Origin: Burkholderiaceae bacterium
Lineage (GTDB): Bacteria; Pseudomonadota; Gammaproteobacteria; Burkholderiales; Burkholderiaceae
Assembly: GCA_009924985.1 (NCBI GenBank)
Contig: RFQL01000001.1
Coordinates: 1-62,433 of the forward strand
DNA: 62,433 nt
Direction: 5' to 3'
Made by a program: the position numbers and the translations under genes
In this document: piece by piece, positions 1 to 11,839 of the stretch
How the letters are laid out: every line of letters begins with the position of its first letter
Numbering within the stretch: the first letter of the stretch is position 1
Notes under the pieces: model-generated
Database searches by the model: none
Told to the model about the DNA's origin: nothing
Seen by the model: only the letters and a program-made list of their open reading frames with translations

Positions 1-100
1 CGCACGTCACCGTGGATGGCTGTTAGCCAACACCCTGCCCTATGGAGTCCGGACTTTCCTCTCCTTTCTAACGAAAGTAGCGATTGCCTAGTTAACTCTG
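1..100 (-). ncRNA. rnpB: RNase P RNA (5' portion; continues off the window start)
   Basis: The minus strand reads GAGTTAACTAGGCAATCGC...GAGGAAAGTCCGGACTCCATAGGGCAGGGTGTTGGCTAACAGCC. GAGGAAAGTCC is the conserved P4/CR-I signature of bacterial RNase P RNA. A candidate -10 box (TAGACT) lies at 108-113. The 5' end is approximate. Confidence 0.93.
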
Positions 101-140
101 CGCTAACAGTCTAAACGAGTATGAAATTTTGGTTCTTAAA

Positions 141-1193
141 TTACCTTGCTAGAGACCAAGCAATGGTCTCGCCAGCTCGAAGTGGGACCAATACGGTGTC
201 ACCCAGTGTGAACTCAAAAGGCACCTTTTCAGCCTGCTGAACCAATGTAATTTGATCCCGATTACGGGGTAAGCAATAAAAGTCAGGCCCAAAGAAACTG
301 GCAAAGCCTTCCAGTAAATCGAGCTTGCCAACGCTATAAAAGGCTTCAGCATACAAACCCATAGCGTTATGGGCGGTGTAGCAACCTGCACAACCACAGC
401 TACTTTCCTTCTCACCTTTTGGATGCGGGGCACTATCGGTCCCCAAGAAAAATCGCGGGTTGCTACTGGTTGCGGCTTCTATCAGCGCAAGCCGATGTTC
501 TTCACGTTTTAGAATTGGCAAACAATAATGATGTGGACGAATACCACCCGCGAACAAGCTATTACGGTTCATTAAAAGATGGTGTGCAGTAATTGTTGCG
601 GCTAAGGTATTTTTGCCTTTGGTATCAGCATCACGTACATAATGAGCTGCTTGCTTGGTCGTGATGTGCTCAAAGACAACTCGTAGCTCAGGAAAATCTT
701 TGCGTAAGGGCTCTAGTATTCGATCAATGAATACAGCCTCTCGATCAAAGATATCAATAGCAGACTCAGTCACTTCACCATGAATTAATAGGGGTACTGA
801 ATATTTTTGCATCGCTTCTAAAGCAGGGTAAGCGTGTTTAATATTGGTAACACCGGCGTCACTATTCGTTGTAGCACCTGCTGGATATAGCTTAAATCCG
901 ATAATCTGATTTTCACTCGCCTTACGTACCTCATCTCGACTAGTAATATCAGTTAAATACAAGGTCATCAATGGCGTAAAATGGGGTACGCCCAGCTGCT
1001 TTAATGCAGAGTCAATACGCGATCGATACGCCTTGGCCAAATCAACTGAAGTGACGGGTTGCTTTAAGTTGGGCATGATGACTGCGCGTGCAAACTGATT
1101 ACTTATATGCGCCAATACATCCTTGAGTACTGCACCATCGCGCACATGGAGGTGCCAGTCATCAGGACGGACAAGGGTTAGCGTCTTACTCAT
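141..1193 (-). CDS. pyrC: Dihydroorotase (homodimeric type II)
   Basis: [31 protein letters not shown] and FLGTDSAPH motifs. Confidence 0.97.
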   Translation of the reverse strand: MSKTLTLVRPDDWHLHVRDGAVLKDVLAHISNQFARAVIMPNLKQPVTSVDLAKAYRSRIDSALKQLGVPHFTPLMTLYLTDITSRDEVRKASENQIIGFKLYPAGATTNSDAGVTNIKHAYPALEAMQKYSVPLLIHGEVTESAIDIFDREAVFIDRILEPLRKDFPELRVVFEHITTKQAAHYVRDADTKGKNTLAATITAHHLLMNRNSLFAGGIRPHHYCLPILKREEHRLALIEAATSSNPRFFLGTDSAPHPKGEKESSCGCAGCYTAHNAMGLYAEAFYSVGKLDLLEGFASFFGPDFYCLPRNRDQITLVQQAEKVPFEFTLGDTVLVPLRAGETIAWSLAR

Positions 1194-2542
1194 TGATCAA
1201 TCAGAATAATACGGAAATCATTTACATTTGTTAACGTTGGGCCTGTATATACCAAGGCGTCTAGCTTAGCAAAGAAGCCATAGCAATCGTGCTCGTTTTG
1301 AAATTGGCTGGCACGCAATTGCATGGCATTAGCCTTTTCTCGCATATCTGGCGTAAACCATGCTCCAGCATTCTTTTCACTACCGTCGATACCATCGGTA
1401 TCAGCTGCCAGGGCGCTGATCATCTTAAGATCAGGACTCGCAGCAAACAAAGAGAGTAAAAATTCAGAGCAACGACCACCTCTTCCTTTTGAGCCAGAAG
1501 GCAGTGTTACGGTACATTCACCACCAGAAATTAAGGCAAGGGGTGGCTTTGCCCATTCTTTATATTGTGTGAGCTCGCGGGCAATCGCTGCATGTACTAA
1601 ACCCACATCACGAGCTTCACCCGTAATGGTATCGCCCAAAATAATAGGCTGATAGCCTGCCTGTTTACAGAAATCTGCGGCCGCATCTAAGCTACGATGT
1701 GCTGTAGCGATAACATGATTACGCACTGGCGACTGATGTTTGTCAACATCGGATTGCTTGAGGGTTTCAGGTATTTCTCCACGATCGCCTTTTTGTAAGT
1801 GATGGATAACCGACACAGGTATCTTGCTCTCATCCATTCCATACTTCGCTAATATTTGTAGGGCATCTGAGTAACTTGAATAATCAGGTGCACAGGGGCC
1901 GCTGGCAATATCAGCAGGATGATCACCAGTGACATCCGAGATTAAGAGAGCCTCCACACGTGCACCACGGGCCAAAGCTGCTCGAGCTAAATTACCCCCC
2001 AAGATAGCGGATAGATGTTTACGGACCACATTCATTTCTTCAATTGGTGCCCCACAATGAAGAAGAGCTTCAGTGGTCTTACGCATATCGGCAATGGTAA
2101 TACCGGGCTGTGGCAAGGTTAAAAGACTTGACCCCCCACCCGATACCAGTACGATGAGAGTATCGCCAAAACCCAGCTGATTCACTAGTTTGAGAATTTC
2201 AGCGGCACCATCCATCCCCGCCTGATCTGGAACTGGGTGCCCAGCCTCAATAATCTTGATGTGATGCGTTGGGGATGCGTGACCATAGCGAGTTAAGACC
2301 ACACCATCAAGCTGAATCATAGGCCAGTGTTGTTTGGCATAGGCTTCCAGTGCAGTAGCCATGGATGCGCTGGCCTTACCGGCACCCACAATCAAGCAGC
2401 GCCCTTTTGGCTCCATTCCCGAGGGAAAGATTTTTGCTAAGTACTCCGGAACGATCCTCTTAGGGTCGGCGACCGCCAGTGCTGCTGCAAACGCACCTTC
2501 AAGTAGCATGCGCTGATTTGAAGGGAAGGAAGTAAGCGACAT
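1190..2542 (-). CDS. Glycerate 2-kinase (class II, MOFRL/TtuD-like family)
   Basis: [45 protein letters not shown] and [10 protein letters not shown] motifs. Confidence 0.9.
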   Translation of the reverse strand: MSLTSFPSNQRMLLEGAFAAALAVADPKRIVPEYLAKIFPSGMEPKGRCLIVGAGKASASMATALEAYAKQHWPMIQLDGVVLTRYGHASPTHHIKIIEAGHPVPDQAGMDGAAEILKLVNQLGFGDTLIVLVSGGGSSLLTLPQPGITIADMRKTTEALLHCGAPIEEMNVVRKHLSAILGGNLARAALARGARVEALLISDVTGDHPADIASGPCAPDYSSYSDALQILAKYGMDESKIPVSVIHHLQKGDRGEIPETLKQSDVDKHQSPVRNHVIATAHRSLDAAADFCKQAGYQPIILGDTITGEARDVGLVHAAIARELTQYKEWAKPPLALISGGECTVTLPSGSKGRGGRCSEFLLSLFAASPDLKMISALAADTDGIDGSEKNAGAWFTPDMREKANAMQLRASQFQNEHDCYGFFAKLDALVYTGPTLTNVNDFRIILIDQ

Positions 2543-2557
2543 TCCCTAATTTTAAAC

Positions 2558-4405
2558 TTAATTGGGATCAGATTCATCTGAGTTAATTAGGCTGCTTTCT
2601 TGCATCTGCCACATGGAGGTGTAACGGCCATTCGCTTGCAATAATTGCTGATGGGTACCCCGCTCAATGATTTTGCCTTGATCCATCACCAAAATTTGGT
2701 CAGCATGCACGACTGTAGAAAGCCGGTGAGCAATAATTAAGGTTGTGCGATTACGTGCTAGATTAAAGAGCTCCTCCTGAAACGCTCTCTCCGTTTTGGA
2801 ATCCAATGCGGATGTAGCCTCATCAAAGATAAGTAAAGCCGGTTTTTTAAGAAGGGTTCGAGCAATTGCCACCCGCTGTTTCTCACCACCTGACAGCTTT
2901 AAGCCTCGCTCACCCACTGATGTTTCATACCCCTCGGGTAAGTGCTCGATAAACTGATTCATTTGTGCAGCTCGAGCAGCTTCTTGGATTTCTGCGGGGC
3001 TTGCACCAGGACTACCATAGGCAATGTTATAGGCAATGGTGTCATTAAATAAAACGGTGTCTTGCGGAACAATACCAATTGCTTTCCGTAAACTTGCTTG
3101 TTGAACATCTTGAATATTTTGACCATCCAGCAAAATTGCCCCTGCTTGAATATCATAAAAACGAAAGAGCAAACGCGCAAGAGTACTCTTCCCTGCACCA
3201 CTCTGACCCACTACAGCCGTAATCGTTCCCGCTGGAATAATAAAACTCACATCCTTCAGAATCTCGCGCTTAGCGTCATATGAAAAATAAACGTTCTCAA
3301 AGCGCACCTCAGGCCCACGAGCAAAATCATTGATAACAAGTGTATGAGCATTTTGCTTATCTTTAATCTCTTGATCTGCATTCAATAATGCAAACATACG
3401 ATCCATATCCGTGATCGACTGCTTCATCTCGCGATAAATAACTCCAAGAAAGTTAAGTGGGATATAGAGCTGAATCATGAGAGTATTAACAAGTACCAAA
3501 TCTCCTAATGTCATTGAGCCATCAACCACACCCTGAGTAGCGCGCCATAAAATTAAGACAAGTCCAACCGCAATAATGGCCTGTTGTCCTAGGTTAAGGA
3601 TTGCTAATGATTTTTGCGACAAAATAGCAGCTGACTGATAGTGCTTAAGATTTTCATCGTAACGCTTTGATTCAAATTGTTCGTTCCCAAAATATTTGAC
3701 AGTTTCAAAATTTAATAAAGAATCGATCGCACGCTGATTGGCTCGAGAATCCATTTCATTCATAGTGCGGCGATAGTGTGTCCGCCACTCAGTCACTTTG
3801 ATAGTAAATACGATATAAAGCACAAGTGCTACAAAAGTAATAATTGCAAACCAGATATCGTAGTAATAAGCAAAGTAAGCAAGCACCAATGCAAACTCAA
3901 TGATGGTTGGCAAGATGCTGTAGAGAGAAAATGAGACTAAGGTTTGAATCCCTCGAGTACCACGTTCAATATCACGACTTACGCCCCCCGTTTGGCGACC
4001 CAGATGAAACTGAAGGGTAAGCGCATGCAGGTGCTCAAACACCTGTAAAGCAATTTTTCGGACTGCGTCTTGGGTAACCTTAGCAAATAAAAGTTCGCGT
4101 AATTCAGAGAACAGAGAGGCAGATAAACGTAATGCCCCGTATGCAACAATTAAACCTGCTGGCACAATTAAAAAGATTTGCAATGAGCCTGGTTTGAGAT
4201 TCATGGCATCAATTAAATCTTTCAGAATAATTGGAACGCCAAGATTGGCAAACTTAGCTGCGATCAGACATGCAATTGCAAGAGCTACTCGGGTACGATG
4301 CTCCAACAGATAAGGTAAGAGGTCTTTAATAACACGCCAATCGGAACGTGGCGCGCCCCCACTCCCTGGGAGTGGGTTGGTGCCGCCCTGTCGATAGCCC
4401 ATCAT
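2558..4405 (-). CDS. ATM1-like ABC transporter (fused permease and ATPase)
   Basis: N-terminal transmembrane domain with DSLLNFETVKYF; Walker A GQSGAGKST, signature LSGGEKQR and Walker B DEATSALD. Confidence 0.92.
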   Translation of the reverse strand: MMGYRQGGTNPLPGSGGAPRSDWRVIKDLLPYLLEHRTRVALAIACLIAAKFANLGVPIILKDLIDAMNLKPGSLQIFLIVPAGLIVAYGALRLSASLFSELRELLFAKVTQDAVRKIALQVFEHLHALTLQFHLGRQTGGVSRDIERGTRGIQTLVSFSLYSILPTIIEFALVLAYFAYYYDIWFAIITFVALVLYIVFTIKVTEWRTHYRRTMNEMDSRANQRAIDSLLNFETVKYFGNEQFESKRYDENLKHYQSAAILSQKSLAILNLGQQAIIAVGLVLILWRATQGVVDGSMTLGDLVLVNTLMIQLYIPLNFLGVIYREMKQSITDMDRMFALLNADQEIKDKQNAHTLVINDFARGPEVRFENVYFSYDAKREILKDVSFIIPAGTITAVVGQSGAGKSTLARLLFRFYDIQAGAILLDGQNIQDVQQASLRKAIGIVPQDTVLFNDTIAYNIAYGSPGASPAEIQEAARAAQMNQFIEHLPEGYETSVGERGLKLSGGEKQRVAIARTLLKKPALLIFDEATSALDSKTERAFQEELFNLARNRTTLIIAHRLSTVVHADQILVMDQGKIIERGTHQQLLQANGRYTSMWQMQESSLINSDESDPN

Positions 4406-4884
4406 GACTGAGAACCGCCCTTACTAAGTCCTAAAAAATCATTAGGCTGTGAAAAAAATTTCAGGATAGCATCTCGATTACTCTGTGAAAAACACTTCTG
4501 GGCTGCCTCTTCAAATGGGAGCCAAACATAATTGAGATGTTCTCGGGGTGCCAATTGAACTGCAATGCCCACAGGCACTTCGAGTGCAAACCAATGCTCG
4601 GTATTTCGATCTACGTCAGGTGGATAGCGATGCCGCCATTTTGGATAAATTTCATACTCAACACAATGCTGCAAGTTTTTTAGAGCTCCTTTTGGCAGCG
4701 TTTGTACCTTAATGCCAGTTTCTTCTGCAACTTCACGCACTGCCGCACCCTCTAAAGACTCGCTTGGACTATCCAAACTGCCTGTTACGGACTGCCAAAA
4801 ATCCGGGCGATCAGCACGCTCAATTAGCAAGACCTCACTATTTACATTGTGGATGAGTACTAAAACTGAAATCGGTATTTTCAA
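4402..4884 (-). CDS. nudB: Dihydroneopterin triphosphate diphosphatase (Nudix)
   Basis: KIPISVLV, FWQSVTGS, Nudix box AVREVAEETG, NTEHWF; lies directly after aspS. TTG start at 4884 preferred over the track start at 4947, which overlaps aspS. Confidence 0.92.
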   Translation of the reverse strand: MKIPISVLVLIHNVNSEVLLIERADRPDFWQSVTGSLDSPSESLEGAAVREVAEETGIKVQTLPKGALKNLQHCVEYEIYPKWRHRYPPDVDRNTEHWFALEVPVGIAVQLAPREHLNYVWLPFEEAAQKCFSQSNRDAILKFFSQPNDFLGLSKGGSQS

Positions 4885-4885
4885 A

Positions 4886-6685
4886 TCAACCGACCGGATT
4901 GGTATTGCGTAAACGAATATGCAGTTCGCGTAACTGTCTTTCATCAACAGGGCTCGGTGCTTGAGTTAGAAGACATTGGGCTCGTTGTGTTTTTGGGAAA
5001 GCAATCACATCGCGGATAGACTCTGCTCCGGTCATCATGGTCACAATGCGGTCTAAACCGAAGGCAATACCACCATGAGGAGGGGCGCCATACTGAAGAG
5101 CATCAAGCAAGAAGCCAAATTTTGCGTTTGCTTCCTCAGGACCAATTTTTAGAGCCCTAAACACTTGACTTTGAACTGACTCTTGATGGATACGCACTGA
5201 TCCACCGCCTATTTCACTTCCGTTGAGAACCATATCGTAGGCTTTTGCTAAGCACTTTCCGGGATCGGTCTCCAAAAACTTTAAATGCTCATCTTTCGGA
5301 CTTGTAAAGGGATGATGGCAAGCAACCCAACGAGCATCACCTTCGTCATACTCAAACATGGGGAAATCAACTACCCATAAAGGCTTCCAACCCTCGACCA
5401 TCAAGCCGTGCTTCTTGCTCCAAACGGAATGGCCAATGCGTAAGCGCAAATTACCGATTGCATCGTTCACCACTTTTGTTTTATCAGCGCCAAAGAATAT
5501 TAGATCTCCATCCTTGGCATTCGTGCGTTTTAAGATTCCTTCAATCGCAGCATCGTGCAAATTCTTGATAATTGGGGATTGCAAACCATTACGGCCCTCT
5601 GCAACAGAATTGACTTTAATCCATGCCAACCCCTTGGCGCCATAGATCGAGACGAATTGGGTGTAGTCATCAATTTCACTACGACTAATCTCTGCGCCTC
5701 CAGGAACACAAAGGGCAACGACACGCCCGCCCTCTTGATTGGCTGGGCCCGAGAACACCTTGAAGTCAACATCGCGCATCAAGTCAGTAAGTTCTGTAAA
5801 TTCCATTGCTACACGTAAATCAGGCTTATCCGACCCAAAGCGAGCCATCGCTTCTGAATACGGCATCATCAAAAAAGGATTGGGTAAGTCGACGTTCATC
5901 ACTGTCTTAAAAATGTGTCGCATCATGGTCTCAAAGAGATTGCGGATTTCAATCTCGTCGAGGAACGCAGTCTCACAATCGATCTGAGTAAACTCAGGCT
6001 GTCGATCGGCTCGCAAATCTTCATCACGAAAGCATTTTGTAATCTGATAATAACGATCAAAACCAGCCACCATGAGTAGTTGTTTAAAAAGCTGCGGTGA
6101 TTGCGGTAGTGCAAAGAATTGGCCATCATGAACGCGAGATGGCACCAAGTAGTCACGCGCACCCTCTGGAGTACTCTTGGTTAGCATCGGGGTTTCAATA
6201 TCAATAAATCCTGCCGCATCTAAATAGCGACGAGTTTCCATAGCGACTTGATAGCGCAAGCGTAAATTCTTTTGCATTTGCGGACGACGAAGATCAAGGA
6301 CCCGATGCGTTAAACGCGTGGTCTCTGAAAGATTATCGTCATCTAATTGAAAGGGTGGGGTGACAGAGGCATTGAGCACTTTTAGCTCATGACAAAGTAT
6401 TTCTACTTTTCCACTAATTAAATCGAGGTTCTCTGTTCCAGCTGGCCGTGCACGAACCAAGCCTTTTATCTGTATGCAAAACTCATTTCGCACCTCTTCA
6501 GCCTGCTTAAACATATCTGGGCGATCTGGATCACAAACCACTTGAACAAAACCTTGGTGATCACGTAAATCAATAAATATCACTCCACCATGATCACGAC
6601 GGCGATTAACCCAACCTGCCAAGGTAATTTCTTGGCCAATTAACGAATTAGTAACCTGTCCACAGGTATGGCTGCGCATCGACAT
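4886..6685 (-). CDS. aspS: Aspartate--tRNA ligase (likely non-discriminating)
   Basis: [50 protein letters not shown] and [12 protein letters not shown] motifs. Confidence 0.98.
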   Translation of the reverse strand: MSMRSHTCGQVTNSLIGQEITLAGWVNRRRDHGGVIFIDLRDHQGFVQVVCDPDRPDMFKQAEEVRNEFCIQIKGLVRARPAGTENLDLISGKVEILCHELKVLNASVTPPFQLDDDNLSETTRLTHRVLDLRRPQMQKNLRLRYQVAMETRRYLDAAGFIDIETPMLTKSTPEGARDYLVPSRVHDGQFFALPQSPQLFKQLLMVAGFDRYYQITKCFRDEDLRADRQPEFTQIDCETAFLDEIEIRNLFETMMRHIFKTVMNVDLPNPFLMMPYSEAMARFGSDKPDLRVAMEFTELTDLMRDVDFKVFSGPANQEGGRVVALCVPGGAEISRSEIDDYTQFVSIYGAKGLAWIKVNSVAEGRNGLQSPIIKNLHDAAIEGILKRTNAKDGDLIFFGADKTKVVNDAIGNLRLRIGHSVWSKKHGLMVEGWKPLWVVDFPMFEYDEGDARWVACHHPFTSPKDEHLKFLETDPGKCLAKAYDMVLNGSEIGGGSVRIHQESVQSQVFRALKIGPEEANAKFGFLLDALQYGAPPHGGIAFGLDRIVTMMTGAESIRDVIAFPKTQRAQCLLTQAPSPVDERQLRELHIRLRNTNPVG

Positions 6686-6693
6686 AAGTATTC

Positions 6694-7347
6694 CTAATTA
6701 AGATGATTTACTTGATTTTGGGTAGGGATTGCGGAAGCCTTGGGAGGCACAGAACCCATCGAGACAATATGCTTAAGAGCCTCTTCAACACTCATGTCAA
6801 GCTCAATGACATTTGCACGTGGCACGATCATGAAAAATCCAGATGTTGGATTAGGGGTGGTTGGTAAAAATACATTGACATACTCACCCCCCAATTTCTG
6901 CTCAATTTCCTCAGCTGTATTTCCGGTCTGAAATGCGATTACCCAAGACTCAGCATGGGGATAACGAATCAACAGAGCCTTACGAAAGGCTTGACCATTT
7001 CCAGAAAAAATAGTGGAAGAGACTTGCTTCACACTGGAATAAATTGATCTCACAATGGGTATGCGGGTAACAAAACGGTCCCACACCTTCAACCACCACT
7101 GCCCAGCAAAGCTAATTGCCAATAAGCCTGTAAATGTGATGACCGCAATAACAATCAAAATACCAAGACCGGGAATCTCACGAAAATGCTTCAGATCCCC
7201 TGAAAATTGACCGGGCAGGACCGTGATTAAGGCACCCATCACGGATCCATAGATCTGGTCAATTAAACCCAGACCCCAAGTAATCACCCAAACGGTAATT
7301 GCGATTGGCACCCAAACCAGAATGCCTGCGATAAAGTATTTTTTCAT
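6694..7347 (-). CDS. DUF502 family membrane protein
   Basis: [14 protein letters not shown] and [13 protein letters not shown] motifs; usual neighbour of aspS. Confidence 0.88.
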   Translation of the reverse strand: MKKYFIAGILVWVPIAITVWVITWGLGLIDQIYGSVMGALITVLPGQFSGDLKHFREIPGLGILIVIAVITFTGLLAISFAGQWWLKVWDRFVTRIPIVRSIYSSVKQVSSTIFSGNGQAFRKALLIRYPHAESWVIAFQTGNTAEEIEQKLGGEYVNVFLPTTPNPTSGFFMIVPRANVIELDMSVEEALKHIVSMGSVPPKASAIPTQNQVNHLN

Positions 7348-7404
7348 GATTTTCTGCCTAACCCGCTATTTTAGCGACTTAGCCCAAAATCAGTCAGAAA
7401 TTTC

Positions 7405-8988
7405 CTAAATTGAATGGATGCGGGCCAAAACAAATAATGCTCCGATGAGAAAACCTCCTAGGAACAATAATGCACCCCACAGTTGACGACGTTTCCGGCG
7501 CTCTTCAAATAAAACTTGCTTTAAGAGTTCAAACTCTGGTTTCGAGTCTTTTTGTCCATGTCGATCTAGACTCTCAGCAAGTAAGCGTGGGAGAGTGGGC
7601 AAGATTTTTGCCCAATTAGGCGCCTCTGCCTTTAAGCCCTCAACCAAACCCCGCCAACCAAGTTGCTGACTAATCCAACGCTCCAAAATAGGTTTTGCGG
7701 TCTTCCATAAATCAAGATCTGGATCAAGTTGACGCCCTAGACCTTCAACGTTTAATAAGGTTTTTTGCAAGAGCGTAAGTTGTGGCTGAATTTCAACCTT
7801 AAAGCGCCTTGAGGTTTGAAATAAACGCATCAATACAATACCCAAAGAAATATCTTTAAGGGGACGATCAAAATAGGGTTCACAGACTGTGCGAACCGCA
7901 CCCTCAAGCTCCTCTAGGCGTGTATTTTCAGGAACCCAACCCGACTCAATATGGAGCTCTGCAACCCGTCGATAGTCCCGATTAAAGAATGCTAAGAAAT
8001 TTTGTGCCAGATAATTTTTATCAAACTCGCTGAGGTTGCCAACAATACCAAAATCTAAAGAGATATAACGCCCAAATGTATTAGGGTCTAAGCTCACCAA
8101 TATATTGCCCGGATGCATATCGGCATGAAAGAATCCGTACTCAAACACTTGGGTAAAAAATATTTCAACCCCATCGACTGCTAATTTCTTAAAATCTACG
8201 CCCGCTGCTCTTAATTCATTGGTCTTACCAATCGAGATTCCGTACATTCGCTCCATCACAATCACATTGGTATAGCATAGGTCCCAAATCATTTCTGGAA
8301 TCATTAGCGTGTCAGAGTCTACAAAATTACGGCGTAATTGACTTGCATTTGCAGCCTCACGCATCAGGTCTAACTCATCATGTAAGTAGGTATCAAATTC
8401 AGCGACCACTTCGCGCGGCTTTAGGCGCCTACCATCCTCTGAAATTTTTTCTACGATACGGGCCAGATCATGCATGAGCGCCAAATCACTCTCAATGACT
8501 GGCAGGATACCTGGGCGTAGCACTTTAATCGCTACTTCCCGATTGGCCCATTCAGGGTGTGAGTCATTACCTCTTAATATCCCGAAATGAACTTGTGCAA
8601 CGGATGCACTTGCTACTGGAGTTGCATCAAATGAAGAAAATATATGGTCTATGGGATGACCAAGCGCCGCTTCGATAATTGATTTTGATTGTTCATTAGA
8701 GAATGGGGGAACCTGATCCTGTAATTTTGCTAATTCATTAGAGACATCGTCCGGCAATAAATCTCTTCGTGTAGAAAGAACCTGGCCAAACTTAACAAAA
8801 ATAGGCCCCAAGGCCTCTAAGGCCAAGCGAATACGTTCGCCGCGAGCCAGTTGACTTGGGGATGTGCTTGATAAAAGTCCAAGTAGTGTCTTCCGAATTC
8901 CAGGCTTTAGGTTTTCGCGGATTAAGCCGAATAAGTTAAAGCGCCAAGCCGTATAGAAAATAATCCACAGGCGAGCTATACGACTCAC
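7405..8988 (-). CDS. ubiB: Ubiquinone biosynthesis atypical kinase-like protein UbiB
   Basis: [45 protein letters not shown] and LDFGIVG motifs. Confidence 0.97.
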   Translation of the reverse strand: MSRIARLWIIFYTAWRFNLFGLIRENLKPGIRKTLLGLLSSTSPSQLARGERIRLALEALGPIFVKFGQVLSTRRDLLPDDVSNELAKLQDQVPPFSNEQSKSIIEAALGHPIDHIFSSFDATPVASASVAQVHFGILRGNDSHPEWANREVAIKVLRPGILPVIESDLALMHDLARIVEKISEDGRRLKPREVVAEFDTYLHDELDLMREAANASQLRRNFVDSDTLMIPEMIWDLCYTNVIVMERMYGISIGKTNELRAAGVDFKKLAVDGVEIFFTQVFEYGFFHADMHPGNILVSLDPNTFGRYISLDFGIVGNLSEFDKNYLAQNFLAFFNRDYRRVAELHIESGWVPENTRLEELEGAVRTVCEPYFDRPLKDISLGIVLMRLFQTSRRFKVEIQPQLTLLQKTLLNVEGLGRQLDPDLDLWKTAKPILERWISQQLGWRGLVEGLKAEAPNWAKILPTLPRLLAESLDRHGQKDSKPEFELLKQVLFEERRKRRQLWGALLFLGGFLIGALFVLARIHSI

Positions 8989-9602
8989 ACTCTATCCTGA
9001 CTTTTTTGTAAAAGGGCAATCCGTTTTTCTAAACGCTCCACTCCATCCCGGATCTCTTGTAAGCCATTTTTATGTCGTTGAAAGTCACGTTGATTAACTA
9101 AAACTTTTTTTTCTTCGCTTAGATATTCAATCATGTTTTGCTGCAAATCTAATATGGCTTTCTGCGTCAATTCATGAAAACGTTTGGCCTGAAAAACAAC
9201 AAAGTGTGCAGGTGCATCCCTAATGATCTCAGCTAAATCTTCCTCATATTCCCAACGAAGCTGTCTTGCCAGCTTGGCAATCAATTGAGCCAGCTCAGCA
9301 TCGCCGGCAATGTTGACCGCTTTCACAACTCTCTCTTGTATGCTGCCAGTATTTTCACCGGCCCGCATTAGAGACTCATTTGAAATCTCCAAGGTGAGAT
9401 GCGCATTCTCAATCTCTGTTCGCACTAAATCAATTTCACCAATTGCACTAATTTGTATCCACGTTTCGCTCACTGGTAATACCAATCGAATGACTTTACC
9501 CTCGTGCTGCTTTAACTCACGCAATGCCCACTCCTCGCGCCGTAAGACGTAATTAATACCACGCACTAATAGCGTTTTTGGCAAATCAAAGTTCGGGTTC
9601 AT
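8985..9602 (-). CDS. ubiJ: Ubiquinone biosynthesis accessory factor UbiJ (SCP2 domain)
   Basis: GDAELAQ...[10 protein letters not shown] and C-terminal coiled coil ERLEKRI; lies just before ubiB. ATG 9602 preferred because the track start at 9620 lies inside a hairpin. Confidence 0.85.
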   Translation of the reverse strand: MNPNFDLPKTLLVRGINYVLRREEWALRELKQHEGKVIRLVLPVSETWIQISAIGEIDLVRTEIENAHLTLEISNESLMRAGENTGSIQERVVKAVNIAGDAELAQLIAKLARQLRWEYEEDLAEIIRDAPAHFVVFQAKRFHELTQKAILDLQQNMIEYLSEEKKVLVNQRDFQRHKNGLQEIRDGVERLEKRIALLQKSQDRV

Positions 9603-9607
9603 AGTGT

Positions 9608-9632
9608 AAAAAACCCGCACGAGGCGGGTTTT
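9608..9632 (-). terminator. Rho-independent terminator-like hairpin after the Tim44-like gene
   Basis: AAAACCCGC-ACGAG-GCGGGTTTT inverted repeat; T6 tract on the minus strand. Confidence 0.7.
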
Positions 9633-9653
9633 CCGGTGGGGAAAGGTAAAAGC

Positions 9654-10568
9654 TTAAACCAATTGCTGGATCCCAGCCAAAACCCAACCTCCAGGCCCAT
9701 GAACGGGCTTAGAGAGGTTCCAGATTTCAGTAAACGGCTCAGCTGGCGCATCCGCTTGCTCCCGAATCATCCCTGAGAACTGAACGCTGCACAAATAAGT
9801 TGATGCATCGGTCTCAACCCCAATTAATTCTGCATTAAGGGTTACTACATCAGTCTCATTGGCACCTTCTGCGCGCCCTTGGAGATCACGCTGTAGGCTA
9901 GCGAACATCTCCGGGGTTGCAAATTCACGTAAAGCTTCTAAATCACCAGAGTCCCATGCTTTTTGTAAGCGCGTGAAGTAATGCTTAGCATTCGCCAAGA
10001 AAGCAATTTGATCAAACCCTTCAGGCAACTGGTAAGCAGGACGCTCTTCAATAACTGGTGGTAATGCGCCACCAAATTGGTTATTGGTATGCGGATTAAA
10101 GCTTGGCTCTTGTTGGGCTGTGCGTTGCATCCCCGTTGGAACAGCAACGGGCTCCGCGGCACTCTTAGCACTTGCTGGCATAAAACGTCTGAGGATGAAG
10201 AGAAGCGCAAAACCAACTGCCACGGCGATTAAAAGGCCAGTAAAGAAAGAAGCTGCTGCCTCACCAAGACCTAAATGAGAAAGCAAGTAGGCTATACCCA
10301 GACCGGCAGCTAAACCACCAAGCATGCCTCCGATACCTGATCGTTTGGCGACTGCAGGGGCTGCAGCTTGAGGTGCAGCGGGCTGTTGAGCTTGCGCTGG
10401 TTTTTGCTGGGCAGCCGGTTGGGCTTGCTTTTGCATTGGCGCGTTCGAACTACGTCCAGCATTACCACCACCGCCTAAGCGTTTAGCGTCCACAGTACTC
10501 ACATGTGCAACTGACAAAAAAGCCAGAGCGATCGTAAATACACTGGTTTTCAAAAAGATATTTTTCAT
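9654..10568 (-). CDS. Tim44-like domain membrane protein
   Basis: Signal peptide (DA-KRLGGG), Q/A/P-rich linker, two TM helices, C-terminal Tim44 domain (LQKAWDSGD...FTEIWNLSK...WVLAGIQQ). Confidence 0.88.
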   Translation of the reverse strand: MKNIFLKTSVFTIALAFLSVAHVSTVDAKRLGGGGNAGRSSNAPMQKQAQPAAQQKPAQAQQPAAPQAAAPAVAKRSGIGGMLGGLAAGLGIAYLLSHLGLGEAAASFFTGLLIAVAVGFALLFILRRFMPASAKSAAEPVAVPTGMQRTAQQEPSFNPHTNNQFGGALPPVIEERPAYQLPEGFDQIAFLANAKHYFTRLQKAWDSGDLEALREFATPEMFASLQRDLQGRAEGANETDVVTLNAELIGVETDASTYLCSVQFSGMIREQADAPAEPFTEIWNLSKPVHGPGGWVLAGIQQLV

Positions 10569-10630
10569 AAGCTACGGTCTCCTAGTGACTCACAATATAT
10601 AGCTAATTTACCAAATTTGCTGAATATTTT

Positions 10631-11374
10631 TTAATATTTAATACCAATGTGTAAAGCAACGATACCCCCAGTCATTCTATGGGTATCTACCTGATCAAAA
10701 CCGACCCCCAACATCATCGTTTTGAGAGCCTCTGCATCTGGATGCATCCGAATCGATTCTGCAAGATATTGATAACTGGCTGCATCGTTAGCCACCTTCT
10801 CGCCAAGCCAGGGTAGAACCTTAAACGAGTAAAAATCATAGATTGGAGCAATCATGGTATCTGGCTTAGAAAACTCCAACACAAGAACCTTGCCGCCTGG
10901 TTTTATCACGCGAGCCATCTCGGCCAAGGCGGCTTCTTTATGGGTCATATTGCGTAGTCCAAAAGCTACGCTCACTACATCAAAATAATGATTGGAAAAT
11001 GGTATTTTCTCGGCATCTAATTGAACAGCTGGCAATGCCAAACCTCGGTCCAATAGGCGATCGCATCCTACCCTTAACATCGATGCGTTGATATCACTTA
11101 ACCAAACTTCAGCATCAGGGTGTACCCCCCATTGAACTGCTTTGGCAAAAGCGGCCGCTAGATCGCCAGTACCTCCAGCAATATCAAGTACTTTTTGTCC
11201 GGGACGAACATTAGCTTGGGCTAAGGTAAATTTTTTCCACAGACGATGCATGCCCATGGACATCAAATCATTCATGACATCGTATTTCATGGCGACCGAA
11301 TGGAAAACCTTGGCAACCTTCTCGGCTTTTTCTTTCTCGTCTACGCTTTGATAGCCAAAATGAGTTTTAGACAT
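10631..11374 (-). CDS. ubiE: Ubiquinone/menaquinone C-methyltransferase UbiE
   Basis: [33 protein letters not shown] and [10 protein letters not shown] motifs. Confidence 0.98.
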   Translation of the reverse strand: MSKTHFGYQSVDEKEKAEKVAKVFHSVAMKYDVMNDLMSMGMHRLWKKFTLAQANVRPGQKVLDIAGGTGDLAAAFAKAVQWGVHPDAEVWLSDINASMLRVGCDRLLDRGLALPAVQLDAEKIPFSNHYFDVVSVAFGLRNMTHKEAALAEMARVIKPGGKVLVLEFSKPDTMIAPIYDFYSFKVLPWLGEKVANDAASYQYLAESIRMHPDAEALKTMMLGVGFDQVDTHRMTGGIVALHIGIKY

Positions 11375-11395
11375 GCGTATTTACTCTGCTAACTT

Positions 11396-11779
11396 TTAAT
11401 GGCCGCAACCCTTGGCTGGGCTTACCATCGGTATGTCACGATTAGCGCCGGCATTTTCAAGGCGTTGCAAATAATCATTCCAGAGCTCCTCTTGGTTTTC
11501 ACACAGATCGTGTAAATACTCCCAAGAGTACAAACCAGAATCATGACCATCCGAAAAAGTGGGTTTAAGTGCGTAATGGCCGACAGGTTCTAAATTAACA
11601 ACGGCTACTTCGCGTTTACCTGTTTGCAGAACCTCTTGTCCTGGTCCGTGCCCTCGAACCTCGGCTGATGGAGAATAAACCCGCAAGAACTCAAATGGAA
11701 GACGGTAGTTCTTACCGTTCTCGTAAGCGAGCTCCAAGACCTTAGAGTTTTCATGGACGGTTACATTTGTTGGAATCAT
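11396..11779 (-). CDS. DUF971 (gamma-butyrobetaine hydroxylase N-terminal-like) protein
   Basis: EFLRVYSPSAEVRGHG, PVGHYA and FSDGHDSGLYSW motifs. Confidence 0.88.
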   Translation of the reverse strand: MIPTNVTVHENSKVLELAYENGKNYRLPFEFLRVYSPSAEVRGHGPGQEVLQTGKREVAVVNLEPVGHYALKPTFSDGHDSGLYSWEYLHDLCENQEELWNDYLQRLENAGANRDIPMVSPAKGCGH

Positions 11780-11839
11780 TTAAACCAATACCCTTTCAAT
11801 ACCACCTGCATTTGCCTTAACAACATACTCTTGCATCCA
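11780..11839 (-). pseudogene. 3' remnant of a large FAD-linked oxidoreductase (DUF3683/DUF3400-type) gene
   Basis: The minus strand encodes WMQEYVVKANAGGIERVLV* ending immediately before the DUF971 ATG. From recall, this matches the C-terminus of the large FAD/Fe-S oxidoreductase normally found between ilvA and the DUF971-ubiE genes in Burkholderiales. Confidence 0.7.

Noticed and set aside
7348-7404. Possible remnant of an FmdB zinc-ribbon gene often found before DUF502-aspS
   Set aside because: Only 57 nt with a TAAAAT box and no translatable FmdB-like residues; the absence is noted but a remnant cannot be supported.
10340-10480. Low-complexity Q/A/P repeats in the Tim44-like gene
   Set aside because: An ordinary disordered protein linker, not a DNA repeat array.
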